Below are positions 11,828-20,923 of a stretch of DNA of 64,000 nucleotides, piece by piece. Each line of letters opens with the position of its first letter. The stretch's first letter is position 1. The position numbers and the translations under genes are program-made. The notes below the pieces were generated by a model that searched no databases, was not told the origin of the DNA, and saw only the letters and a list, made by a program, of their open reading frames with translations. This stretch comes from an uncultured delta proteobacterium (GTDB lineage Bacteria; Myxococcota_A; Polyangia; Polyangiales; Polyangiaceae), in assembly GCA_963716725.1 (NCBI GenBank), contig CAVQUB010000011.1, positions 32,001 to 96,000 on the forward strand, written 5' to 3'.

Positions 11828-14075
11828 ATGCTGAAGCGATCCGCCTTCCTATTGTCCGCGAGCTGGGTCGTCACGAGCGCCCTGGCGGCAGCTCAAACAC
11901 CGCCGGCAGCTCCTGCCAAACCGCCCGGCCCCGTCGCGAAACCACCCGCGGCTGCGCCCGCTCCGGCGAAGCCTCCGGCCGCGAAGCCTCCGGCCGCGAA
12001 GCCTCCGGCCGCCAAGCCTCCCGGCCGCCAAGCCTCCGGCCGCGACGCCTCCGGCCGCGGACGAACCGCCGCCCGGCGACGACGAGCCCGAGACCCCGCC
12101 CGAGGGCGAAGACGTTCCGCCGCCGCCCACGACGGGCAAGGGCCCGAGCGGACCCTCGGTCACGCCCACGCCCACGCCCACGCCCGCGCCAGGCCAGGGC
12201 CAGGGCTTCGGCCCGATGCCGATGTGGCCGCAGCCCGCCACCGACGCCGCCGCGCTCGAGAAGCAGGGCAAGGATCCAGCCGCGGCGCAGAAGCGCGCCA
12301 AGAGCAGCGACGAAATCTACGCCGAGGACTGGTGGTCCCACGCCCGGCCGGTGTTCGAGATCCACGGCTACTATCGGCTGCGCGCGGAGCTGTTCCACAA
12401 CTTCTCGCTTGGCCGCGTCGACAGCCCCAACTCGGCACTCTGGCCCATGCCGAGCGACAACCACTACAACGCCCGCACGGGGGCATCCTTCGGCCCAGCG
12501 CTGTGCACCGGCGACGAGTCCGCGGAGTCCGCTTCGGCCAGCGACAACCCGAAGGACGGCCTCTATCCGTGCAAGAACAAGACGCAGGCGGGCGCCAACA
12601 TGCGCTTCCGCCTGAACCCCGAGCTGCACGTCTCGGACAACCTGCGCGTGATGTCGCAGATCGATCTGCTCGACAACCTGGTGCTGGGCTCGACGCCTGA
12701 GGCCTACTCGAACTCGCCGAGCGACGGCGGCGGCTACCGCGTCACCAAGCGCAGCGGCTATAGCCCGATCGGAGCCTTCGACAGCACGCAGTCGCCGCCC
12801 AGCGCCGGCCTCAACAGCTTCCGAGACAGCATCCGCGTCAAGCGCGTCTGGGCCGAGTACGCGACCCCGGTCGGCCAGCTCCGCTTTGGGCGCATGCCCA
12901 GCCACTGGGGCCTCGGGATCTTGGCCAACGCGGGCGACGGCCCCGACGACGACTACCAGTCGACGAGCGACCGCATCATGTTCCTGACGGGGCTCAAGTC
13001 CCTGGATCTGTACCTCGGCGGCGCCTGGGACTTCAGCAACGAAGGGGCCACCAGCGACTCGCTGAGCCAACCCCAGGCCCAGCCCTACGATCTCGGCCAG
13101 CTCGACGACGTCGATCAGTACGTGCTCCTGCTGGTGCGCCGCAAGGACCCCGAGCTCACCAAGCTCGCCCTGGCCCAAGGCAACCTGGTGCTGAACGGCG
13201 GCGCCTACGTCGTTCACCGCCGACAGCTCATCGCCAACGAGGGCGACGGCGGCACCTGCGCCAACGGCGCGCCCACCCTCGGCTGCCCCACGGAGAACGT
13301 CGGCACTGGCTACGTCCGCCGAGGCGCCTCCGCGTGGATCCCCGATCTCTGGCTGCAGCTTCTGTACAAGAAGTTCCGCTTCGAAGCCGAGGTCGTGACC
13401 ATTCAGGGATCCATCGAGAGCACCCCGGACGACGCGGTCAACGGCCGCAAGATCAGGATGTGGGGCTTCGCCACCGAGTTCGAGCAGAAGCTGGTCGAAG
13501 ACCGGCTCAAGCTCGAGTTCAAGACCGGTTGGGCTTCGGGCGATCCGGACGTCTACGGCCCCATTGACGGGGCTGGCGGGCTGTCACCGGGCTTCACCGG
13601 GCTGCAGCCGCAGCTCGGTGACGACACCATCAGCACCTTCCGCTTCCACCCGAACTACAAGGTGGACATGATCCTGCACCGGAACCTGCTGTCCCGCGTG
13701 CAAGGGACCTACTACTTCCGTCCCAGCGTCGAGTACGACTTCATCCGCGAGCCGAGCGGCCAGCGCTTCGGCGGTGGCTTCGCCGGGATCTGGACCCGCG
13801 CCAGCGAGTTCGTGCAGACCCCGGGCCACAAGCGCGACCTCGGGATCGAGCTGAACCTCTCGCTCTACTACCAGTCGAAAGACGGAGCGCTGAACGACAA
13901 CCACGACCAGCCCGGTGGCTTCTACACCATGCTGCAGTGGGGCGTGCTCTTCCCCATGGGCGGCCTCGGCCACCAAGAAGAGGAGACCGTGCTGCTCGAG
14001 CAAGCACTCGGCGCCGGCGCGGCCGAGACCAGCACGGCGCAGATGCTCCGCTGGTACATGGGCGTCTTGTTCTGA
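11828..14075 (+). CDS. TIGR04551-like myxobacterial outer-membrane beta-barrel protein with Pro-rich N-terminus; +1 frameshift at ~12021
   Basis: Signal peptide + AAKPP repeats; GYYRLRAELFHNF, ANMRFRLNP, IRVKRVWAEY, FGRMPSHWGLG, FRFHPNY; terminal Phe. One repeat copy carries an extra C. Confidence 0.8.
11970..12060 (+). repeat. 15-bp tandem repeat (GCCTCCGGCCGCNAA-like) encoding AAKPP, about 6 copies
   Basis: Directly visible; one copy has CCC instead of CC at 12020-12022. Confidence 0.85.
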
Positions 14076-14076
14076 T

Positions 14077-14802
14077 TCACCCCGCGGTCGGCTTCGACAG
14101 CACGCGATTGGCCACGAGCTCCGCCACCTCTGGGTGGTAGAGCAGCCCGTTGTGGCCGCAGCCGTCGACCTCGACGCGCTGACCGTGGTGCAGCGACGCA
14201 TCCTCGGTCACCAGCGCGTCGGCCGCGGCGACAACCGACAGGTGCGGCACGCCGCAGTCGCCCCGCTCCGCCAGCCGCGTGAGCACTGCGCTGCCCGGTG
14301 CGATGTCCCGACCCGCCGCCGCGGGCATCAGCTTGGCCCGCTTCGTCCCACGAAACGGGCTGGCGAGGGAGATGCTCTGCACGATCCTGGGGTCCCCGCC
14401 CAGCTCCTGCACGAACCAGCGCGCGACCAGCCCGCCCATGCTGTGGCCGATCAAGTGGACGTGCACCCCCGATGGCATCCGGTCGACGAGCTCGGCCAGC
14501 TGCTCGGCGACGGCGGCCACGCCGGGCCCGGGCGCGTAGGAGAACGAGGCCGCGTGCGCGCCGGTCTTCTCTTGGACCACCTCGCGGATCGGCCTGAGCA
14601 CGCCCGCGGTGGCGAAGAGGCCATGGATGAACACCGCGACGTGCGCGCCGGGCTCCGCCAGGCGTGGATAGGACGCCGCGACATCGCGGTGCAGCAGCGT
14701 CGCCTGGCGCGCGAAGGCCATCGCCTCGCGACCGACGTCGCGGATCCTCGAGATCGGGCTGCCGCCCGCGAACGCCGTCAGGTTGGCCAGCCCGCGCTTC
14801 AT
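14077..14802 (-). CDS. Alpha/beta hydrolase (lipase/esterase-like)
   Basis: FIHGLFA oxyanion motif, IGHSMGG nucleophile elbow, LASPFRGT, D and GH catalytic positions. Confidence 0.85.
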   Translation of the reverse strand: MKRGLANLTAFAGGSPISRIRDVGREAMAFARQATLLHRDVAASYPRLAEPGAHVAVFIHGLFATAGVLRPIREVVQEKTGAHAASFSYAPGPGVAAVAEQLAELVDRMPSGVHVHLIGHSMGGLVARWFVQELGGDPRIVQSISLASPFRGTKRAKLMPAAAGRDIAPGSAVLTRLAERGDCGVPHLSVVAAADALVTEDASLHHGQRVEVDGCGHNGLLYHPEVAELVANRVLSKPTAG

Positions 14803-14908
14803 CCGTTCTCCTGGTTTGTAGCTCACCGTCCCGGCAAACGGCACCTTCTTGTCATCCGCACCCGGCTCGCGCCAAGCTGCGTCGAGTGCTTCGCAACGGG
14901 AGAGTCGG

Positions 14909-15352
14909 GTGAGTGCCGCAGAGTTCGCTGTACCCGCGAACGCGTTTTCGCACTCCTTCGGCGTTCCGCGGAGCGACATCGACGACCTCGGACACGCCAG
15001 CAACGTCGCCTGGGTCCGCTGGGTCCAGGACGCGGCGACGTCCCACTCGCGGGCGGTGGGCCTGGGTCTCGACGAGTACCGCGCCCTCGGCGTGCTGTGG
15101 GTGGTCCGGCGTCACGAGATCGAGTACCTGGCCCCGGCCTTCGCCGATCAAGAGCTCAGCGCCGCGACCTGGATCGACTCGATGCGCGCGGCGACCAGCT
15201 TGCGCCGCACCGTGATCCGGCGCCGGCAGGACGGCGCCCAGCTCTGCCACGCGGCCACGACCTGGGTGCTGATCGACCTCGTCAGCGGTCGGCCGACGCG
15301 CGTGCCCAAGGCGCTGCTCGAGCGCTACGGTTTCGTCGGTTCTAGCCGCTGA
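14909..15352 (+). CDS. Acyl-CoA thioesterase (4HBT/FcbC hot-dog fold)
   Basis: DIDDLGHASNVAWVRW, WVVRRHEIEYLAPAF, GRPTRVP. Start uncertain. Confidence 0.88.
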   Translation: MSAAEFAVPANAFSHSFGVPRSDIDDLGHASNVAWVRWVQDAATSHSRAVGLGLDEYRALGVLWVVRRHEIEYLAPAFADQELSAATWIDSMRAATSLRRTVIRRRQDGAQLCHAATTWVLIDLVSGRPTRVPKALLERYGFVGSSR

Positions 15353-15917
15353 AGTCCTCGGCCAGCGCCGCTACCGTGGTAGCCGACAGCTCGACCTCGC
15401 CGCGATACGCGGGGTGATCGACGCCGATACGCAAGGTCTTCTTGGCGCGGATCGCGACCACGGCCTCGGCGGACAGCGGGAACTTCACATAGTGAACGGC
15501 CGTGGTGCGGTCTCGGCGATCGTTGCGCGAATCAGGCACGTTGGGGAAGCGCTGCCCCTCGACCACGACGTAGAACTTGTCTTCGAGCCCGGCCAGGCGC
15601 TCGAGCATGGCCTCGCGCACGTCCCGCGCGTCGTACTCGACGAAGATGGTCGCCGACAGCTCCGAGTCTCCGGGCACCAGCTCGTTGTAGGTCTCGATCT
15701 CGTGCAGCAGGGCCTTCTCGGCGCTGATGCGCTCGGTGCGCAGCATCTCTTGGATTTGATAGAGGGCCGTGTCGTGGTTCTCGAAGAGCACGGTCATGTT
15801 GGGGCCGAGGGCGGTTCGGCGGCGCTTCTTCTCCTCGATGACGCGGCCGCGAAAGTGCTCACGGATCTGCTCGTACGCCCCGAGGTCCAAGACCTCACTT
15901 CGAGACACCGGTTTCAT
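15342..15917 (-). CDS. DUF3501 family protein
   Basis: YEQIR...KKRRR..LG....LFEN..T..YQIQEMLRTE, YNELVP....LSATIF.E, TTAVHYVKF; sits downstream of rubrerythrin and an Fe-S oxidoreductase. Confidence 0.88.
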   Translation of the reverse strand: MKPVSRSEVLDLGAYEQIREHFRGRVIEEKKRRRTALGPNMTVLFENHDTALYQIQEMLRTERISAEKALLHEIETYNELVPGDSELSATIFVEYDARDVREAMLERLAGLEDKFYVVVEGQRFPNVPDSRNDRRDRTTAVHYVKFPLSAEAVVAIRAKKTLRIGVDHPAYRGEVELSATTVAALAEDFSG

Positions 15918-17302
15918 GGGCTGTCCTCCGCAGTCGGCGCGCTCGCGCCCGCAAGGCCCGGAACGTCGTCCAGGCCGTAGGCGACCGCCAGCGCTTCGAT
16001 GGGGTGAACGCCGGCCGCCCGTTCTCCTTGCAGGATGCGCTGAGGCGAGCCAGGCTGCAGTCGGTGATCACCAGAGTCGGGCTCTTCGTTCTCGATGGCC
16101 TCGCCATGCGCAGCGCGTACTTGCGACCCTTCTCGTAGTACTTCGCCTTCATGCCCCAGGTGCCGTCGACGGCCGAGCACCGCTCGACGATCTCGCACCT
16201 CGGTGTCGGGCAGCGGGCCGAGGATGCGAGCGCCGGGCATGGCGATTTTCTGCGCGCGAAGGTGGCAGGCCGCGTGGTAGCGCGACCTTGCCGTAGCCTC
16301 GCTCGGAAGTCCCGGTTCGAGCGTCTTGGCCTTGCGCAGCCCGCTCCAGGAACTCCATCAGATCGAGGGTGTGCGCGGCGACCTCTTTCGCCTCGGCGCG
16401 TCCCGAGGTAGCTCGGGCCATTCCTTCTTCATGGTGTACCCGCAGGTCGGCCCGGGCACGACGACGGCGCGCCCGGCGCACGTGGGGCAGAGCAGCTCCA
16501 CGTTGTACTGCATCTTCGCGCTGGCGGCGTCGATGTCGCCGCCGTCGAGGTTCGGCATGCCGCAGCAGGTGGCGCCTGGGTACGCGTGACCGAGTAGCCG
16601 TTCTTCTCGAGCACGAGCACCGCGGCGCGCGGCGACCTCGGGGAAGTTGTAGTCACCGTGGCAGGTCGGGAAGAGCACGACCTCGCCGGCGTTGCCCGCG
16701 CTCTCGACGGGCCTCGTGCGTCGCGAGCCAGCTGGCTCGAAGGGCTCGCTGCGACAGCGGCGGCAGCGGGAAACTCTGCGCTGATGCCGAGCGTCAGCTT
16801 CCGTGCACCTTCCGCACCAGGCGCTTCGCGTTGACGAGGTTCGCAGGGCGCGCCGCGACCGGCGCCCGCCCAGCCCGACCAGCTGCGGCTCGCCGAGCAC
16901 GCGGTCGACGATGCGCGATGCCGTCGCGCCGCGCGCGCTGCGCCTTCTCGCGCTGGCCATCAGGCGCGGGAAGTCGAGCAGCTCCACGCGCGCCCTCGTC
17001 CTCCGTGTACGGGCACTTGATGTAAGCAGAGCTTGCACTGCCAGCAGATGGTCGGTGACCTACGCTGAGGTCTCCGCGTCGAGCATCTCGGCGCCCTCGG
17101 CGCGGCCGCGACTCGATGTCGCGGTCGACCGCGTCGAAGAGATCGGGAACGATGCCGCAGAAGGTCACGCACATGCGGCACTCGTGGCAGATCTGGAAGA
17201 TGCGCCGGAGCTCGTCCTCGAGATCGCGGTCGTCCCAGTAGCGCGGGTCGTTGGATCGAGACGCGGGGGCGCAGGCGGCGGGTGCGGGGCAGGCTGGCTC
17301 AT
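15914..17302 (-). pseudogene. Rubrerythrin-associated Fe-S oxidoreductase (GlpC/HdrD-like, CCG domains), broken by many frameshifts (probably sequence errors)
   Basis: Fragments in shifting frames: [82 protein letters not shown]. Confidence 0.8.
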
Positions 17303-17389
17303 GGCGTGTCTCGTCATAGCAAGAAGGGGCCGCCGACTGCGCGACGGGCGCGGAGCCGCGGGCCTCACTTCGACTGCCGAGGCCCCGGC

Positions 17390-17819
17390 TCAGACGTCGA
17401 GCTCTGTCGAGCGCCTTCTGCGAAGCGACCGGCGTGGCTCTTCTCGGCCTTGGCGAGCGTCTCGAACCACTCGGCGATGTCGTCGAAGCCCTCTTCGCGC
17501 GCGGTCTTCGCCATGCCCGGGTACATGGTCTCGTACTCGTGGGTCTCACCGGCGACGGCGGCCACGAGGTTCTTCGCCGTCGAGCCAATGGGCTTGTCCG
17601 GTGGCCGGATCGCCGACCTGCTTCAGGAAGTCCAGGTGACCGTGGGCGTGGCCGGTCTCGCCGTCCGCCGTGTCCTTGAAGAGTCCCGGCGACGTCCGGG
17701 CAAGCCTTCGACGTCGGCGACCTTGCGCGAAGTAGAGGTAGCGGCGGTTCGCCTGCGACTCGCCGGCGAAGGCCTCCTTCAGGTTGCTGGTGGGTCTTGG
17801 TTCCTTCGAGCTTTGCCAT
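17390..17819 (-). pseudogene. Short-chain rubrerythrin (no rubredoxin domain), frameshifted
   Basis: [81 protein letters not shown] across several frames. Confidence 0.85.
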
Positions 17820-17914
17820 TTTCCAGTCCCTCCGGTGGGCGCGAGACACTCGCGCCGGTCTTGGTCGGTCAACGCCGATGCAGAATGCGTAAGGCCGCTG
17901 CGAAGCGGCCGCCA

Positions 17915-17950
17915 ATCGAATCTACTGATGCGCAGTTAAGCAAAGGTTAT
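17915..17950. promoter_or_regulatory. Candidate OxyR/LysR operator: ATCG-N7-TGAT-N6-TTAA-N7-TTAT (two T-N11-A boxes)
   Basis: AT-rich patch between the divergent rubrerythrin and oxyR genes; degenerate match to the ATAG-N7-CTAT-N7-ATAG-N7-CTAT OxyR pattern. Confidence 0.55.
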
Positions 17951-18026
17951 CGGCCGGCCGGCAGGCTAGTCGGCATAAATTGCGCCAAGTTGTGTCCGCT
18001 CCCGCTGCACGGTAGCGAAACGCACG

Positions 18027-18992
18027 ATGGACCTCGCGAACGTCACGTTGACCCAGCTCAGGTACGTCGTGGCGGTGGACCGTTTTCGGTCCTTCCGCCT
18101 CGCGGCCGAGCACTGCCACGTGTCCCAGCCCGCGCTGAGCATGCAGCTCGGCAAACTGGAGGAGCTTCTGGATCTGGTCGTGTTCGACCGCAGCCGCCAG
18201 CCCGTGGTGCCTACCGCGCGGGGAGCTGCGGTCGTGGCCCAGGCTCGCGCTATCCTCCACGAGACAGAGCGACTGGCGGAGGTGGCCCAAGGCGAGACGG
18301 AGATCGCGGGACGCTACCGCCTCGGCATCATCCCTTCCCTCGCCCCGACCCTCGTCCCGCGCTTCTTGCCCGCCTTCTCCCGCGAGTACCCCAAGGTCGA
18401 GCTGGTCGTCGAAGAAGTGCAGACCGACGCGATGCTGCGTCGCTTGCAAGACGACTCCTTGGACGGCGGCGTCGCGGTCACTCCCCTCGGCGCCGCGGGA
18501 GTGCACGAGCAGGAGCTGTTCAGGGAGCCGCTCTACGCCTACCTGCCACCGCGGCATGCGCTCGGCAAGCGCGCGCGAGTCCGACAGAGCGATCTCGTCG
18601 ACGAGCAGGTCTGGCTGATGGCCGAGGGGCATTGCTTCCGAACGCAGGTGCTGCACCTGTGCCGCGTGAGCCAAGAGAGTGAGCGCCGCGGCGCGCGCTT
18701 CGAGAGCGGGAGCTTCGAGACGCTGGTGCGCTTGGTCGACGCCGGACAGGGCGTCACGGTGCTGCCCGAGCTTGTCGTGCAAGGCCTCGCGCTTCCTCAC
18801 CAGAAGAAGCGCGTGCGGCCCTTCGCCGCGCCAGTGCCGGTCCGTCAGGTGAGCTTCGTCCACGCCCGGGAGCACCTGCACCGCGCCATCGCCGGCGCGC
18901 TGATCAGCGCTCTCAAGCACGCGACTCGCGGGGTCGGAGGCGCCGGGCGGACCCCGTCGATCATCGTCCCGGTGACGGACACGCCGGACTGA
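18027..18992 (+). CDS. oxyR: LysR-family hydrogen-peroxide sensor OxyR
   Basis: LysR HTH (TLTQLRY...[15 protein letters not shown]) and redox motif [13 protein letters not shown] with both Cys; [14 protein letters not shown]. Confidence 0.9.
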   Translation: MDLANVTLTQLRYVVAVDRFRSFRLAAEHCHVSQPALSMQLGKLEELLDLVVFDRSRQPVVPTARGAAVVAQARAILHETERLAEVAQGETEIAGRYRLGIIPSLAPTLVPRFLPAFSREYPKVELVVEEVQTDAMLRRLQDDSLDGGVAVTPLGAAGVHEQELFREPLYAYLPPRHALGKRARVRQSDLVDEQVWLMAEGHCFRTQVLHLCRVSQESERRGARFESGSFETLVRLVDAGQGVTVLPELVVQGLALPHQKKRVRPFAAPVPVRQVSFVHAREHLHRAIAGALISALKHATRGVGGAGRTPSIIVPVTDTPD

Positions 18993-19874
18993 TCAGCCGC
19001 TCTCGACCAGTACGCTGAGGCCCTTGGCGCCCAGCACGGCGTAATTGCGCACGCAGTTGTTGAAGATGGCGTGGACGCGCGACGCCTTGTCCGCGAGCGC
19101 GCGCACGGGCCGAGCCCAGGAGGCGAGCTCCTCCGGTGCGTAGAGGTAGTCGAAGCGCTCGTGCACGCTCGCGCCCTTCTTGGTCCACCCCGCGCGGTTG
19201 TGACCGTGGAAGCGCACCAGGGCGAGCTCCGGGTTCGTGACGACGGTGACCGGAGGCACCCCGCCCTGATCGACGTCCGGCTCATCGACGCACACGTAGA
19301 AAAGCTGGAGCGAGCGGAGCAGGTCGAAGACGCGCTCACGCCGCTCGGACAAGAGCCAGCTCTTGTTGCGGAACTCGACCGAGATCGGCACCTCGGGCCA
19401 ACGCTCGCGCAGCCCTTCGAGCTTCCGCGCGTTGCCGCGCGTCGCCGAGAACCAGGGCGGGAACTGGGCCATCACGCAGCCGAGCCGGCCGGCGTGGACC
19501 AGGGGCTGGAGCAGCGCGCGGAAGCGCTGCGCGATTTCATCGGCGATCTCCCGGGGCATCCTCTCGGGATACAGCCGGGGACCCCGACCGGCGAGGGCCT
19601 GGGCCAGATCCCCTGGCAATCGAGCCACGTCGACGGGATGACCGGTGACGATCGGATGCGCCTTCACGTCGAATACGAAGGAGGGCGGCGTGCACTCGAG
19701 CCAGCGCTCGGCCGTCTCCGGCGGCAGCAGCGTGTAGTAGGTGGCGTCGACCTCCACCATCGAAAATTGGCTGGCGTAAAACCGGAGCCTGGACTCCGCG
19801 CTGCTGCAACCCTTCGGATAGAACAGGCCGCCGCGCACCAGCGTCTTGTCGGTCCAGCCCGCGCTGCCGAACAC
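18993..19874 (-). CDS. DUF72 (YecE-like) domain protein; true start may be upstream (CTG 19985)
   Basis: GSAGW...FYP, VEVDATYY, F.FDVKA, QFPPWF, VEFRNKSW, RFHGHN, FDYLY...EL, FNN. Confidence 0.9.
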   Translation of the reverse strand: MFGSAGWTDKTLVRGGLFYPKGCSSAESRLRFYASQFSMVEVDATYYTLLPPETAERWLECTPPSFVFDVKAHPIVTGHPVDVARLPGDLAQALAGRGPRLYPERMPREIADEIAQRFRALLQPLVHAGRLGCVMAQFPPWFSATRGNARKLEGLRERWPEVPISVEFRNKSWLLSERRERVFDLLRSLQLFYVCVDEPDVDQGGVPPVTVVTNPELALVRFHGHNRAGWTKKGASVHERFDYLYAPEELASWARPVRALADKASRVHAIFNNCVRNYAVLGAKGLSVLVESG

Positions 19875-19981
19875 GACGTTGCCGACGACGGCCGGAGTCT
19901 TCGCCGCGAGCGCGAGGTCGGTCGCGGCCGAGTATCGCGCGGGATCCGGCTCCGGCAGAAACGCGCTCGGTGCCTTGGCGC

Positions 19982-20923
19982 TCAGGTTGGCCTCGGTCTC
20001 GCGATGCGCTCGGCGAGCGCCCGCACCGTCAGCGGGCTCGAGCCTTCGGCCTTGTTGTTCACGATCACGAGCAGCACCTTGCCGAGCTTCTCGCAGGCCT
20101 CAGCGAGGCGGGCCACGTCGTCGCGCATCTTCTCTTGCGGATCGACGACGCGGTCGAAGGGCGCGAGGCTGCGCTTGCGGTCTTCGTAGCTCTGTCCAGG
20201 CGGGATCAGCAGCCGAGACACGACGAAGGGCGCGGTGAGCACCCCGGGCACGTCCAGCTGCGCGCCAATGTCGGGCATGCGCTGCCAGAAGTTGAGCACG
20301 TGGCCCACGCCATGCTGCGCGAGCACCTCGAGGTAGCCGTGGCTGAGAAGCTCAGGGTTCCGGAGCTCGACGGCGTAGCTGAGCTGGCGGGGTAGCTTCG
20401 CGAAGAACTCACCGAGGCGATCGGCGAAGGCCCGGGGTTCGGGCAGCTCGCGCCGGCGCAAAGGAGGAAACTCGAAGACCAATGGCCCCGCGTGTTCGGC
20501 GAAGGCGTCGTCGATGGGACCGAGCACGCGCTCGACCACGCAGTCGACGGAGAGGAAGCGGGGGTTGGGCTCGCGAGTCTTGGGGTCGACCGCTTGGGTG
20601 ATGGCGTTCCACACCTTCATCACGGCGCGAAACCCGGGCGGCAGCTGCTCCGCGTAGCGCTTCAGGGTCGAGCGGTCGAGCGGAGCGTAGTAGCTGCGAT
20701 CGATGCCGACTGTGGTGAACAACGGGTGACGCGCGTACAGCTCGAGCCCGCGTTCGAGCAGGTCGGCCTCGGTCGTTCCCGGGGGGTAGACCAGGTTCCC
20801 CCACCCCGGGAAAGTCCACGAAGAGGTCCCGAACGAAACATGCGGCGGCAGGCCAGCGGCGAGGGCACGCTCGGCGGAAAAATCGAGCCCTGGCGCACCG
20901 AAGAGGCCGAGCTGTCGAGCCAT
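19982..20923 (-). CDS. DUF72 (YecE-like) domain protein with N-terminal QLGLF motif
   Basis: MARQLGLF; FGTSSWTFPGW, TVGIDRSYYAP, VELRN, VNNKAEGSSPLT. Confidence 0.88.
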   Translation of the reverse strand: MARQLGLFGAPGLDFSAERALAAGLPPHVSFGTSSWTFPGWGNLVYPPGTTEADLLERGLELYARHPLFTTVGIDRSYYAPLDRSTLKRYAEQLPPGFRAVMKVWNAITQAVDPKTREPNPRFLSVDCVVERVLGPIDDAFAEHAGPLVFEFPPLRRRELPEPRAFADRLGEFFAKLPRQLSYAVELRNPELLSHGYLEVLAQHGVGHVLNFWQRMPDIGAQLDVPGVLTAPFVVSRLLIPPGQSYEDRKRSLAPFDRVVDPQEKMRDDVARLAEACEKLGKVLLVIVNNKAEGSSPLTVRALAERIARPRPT

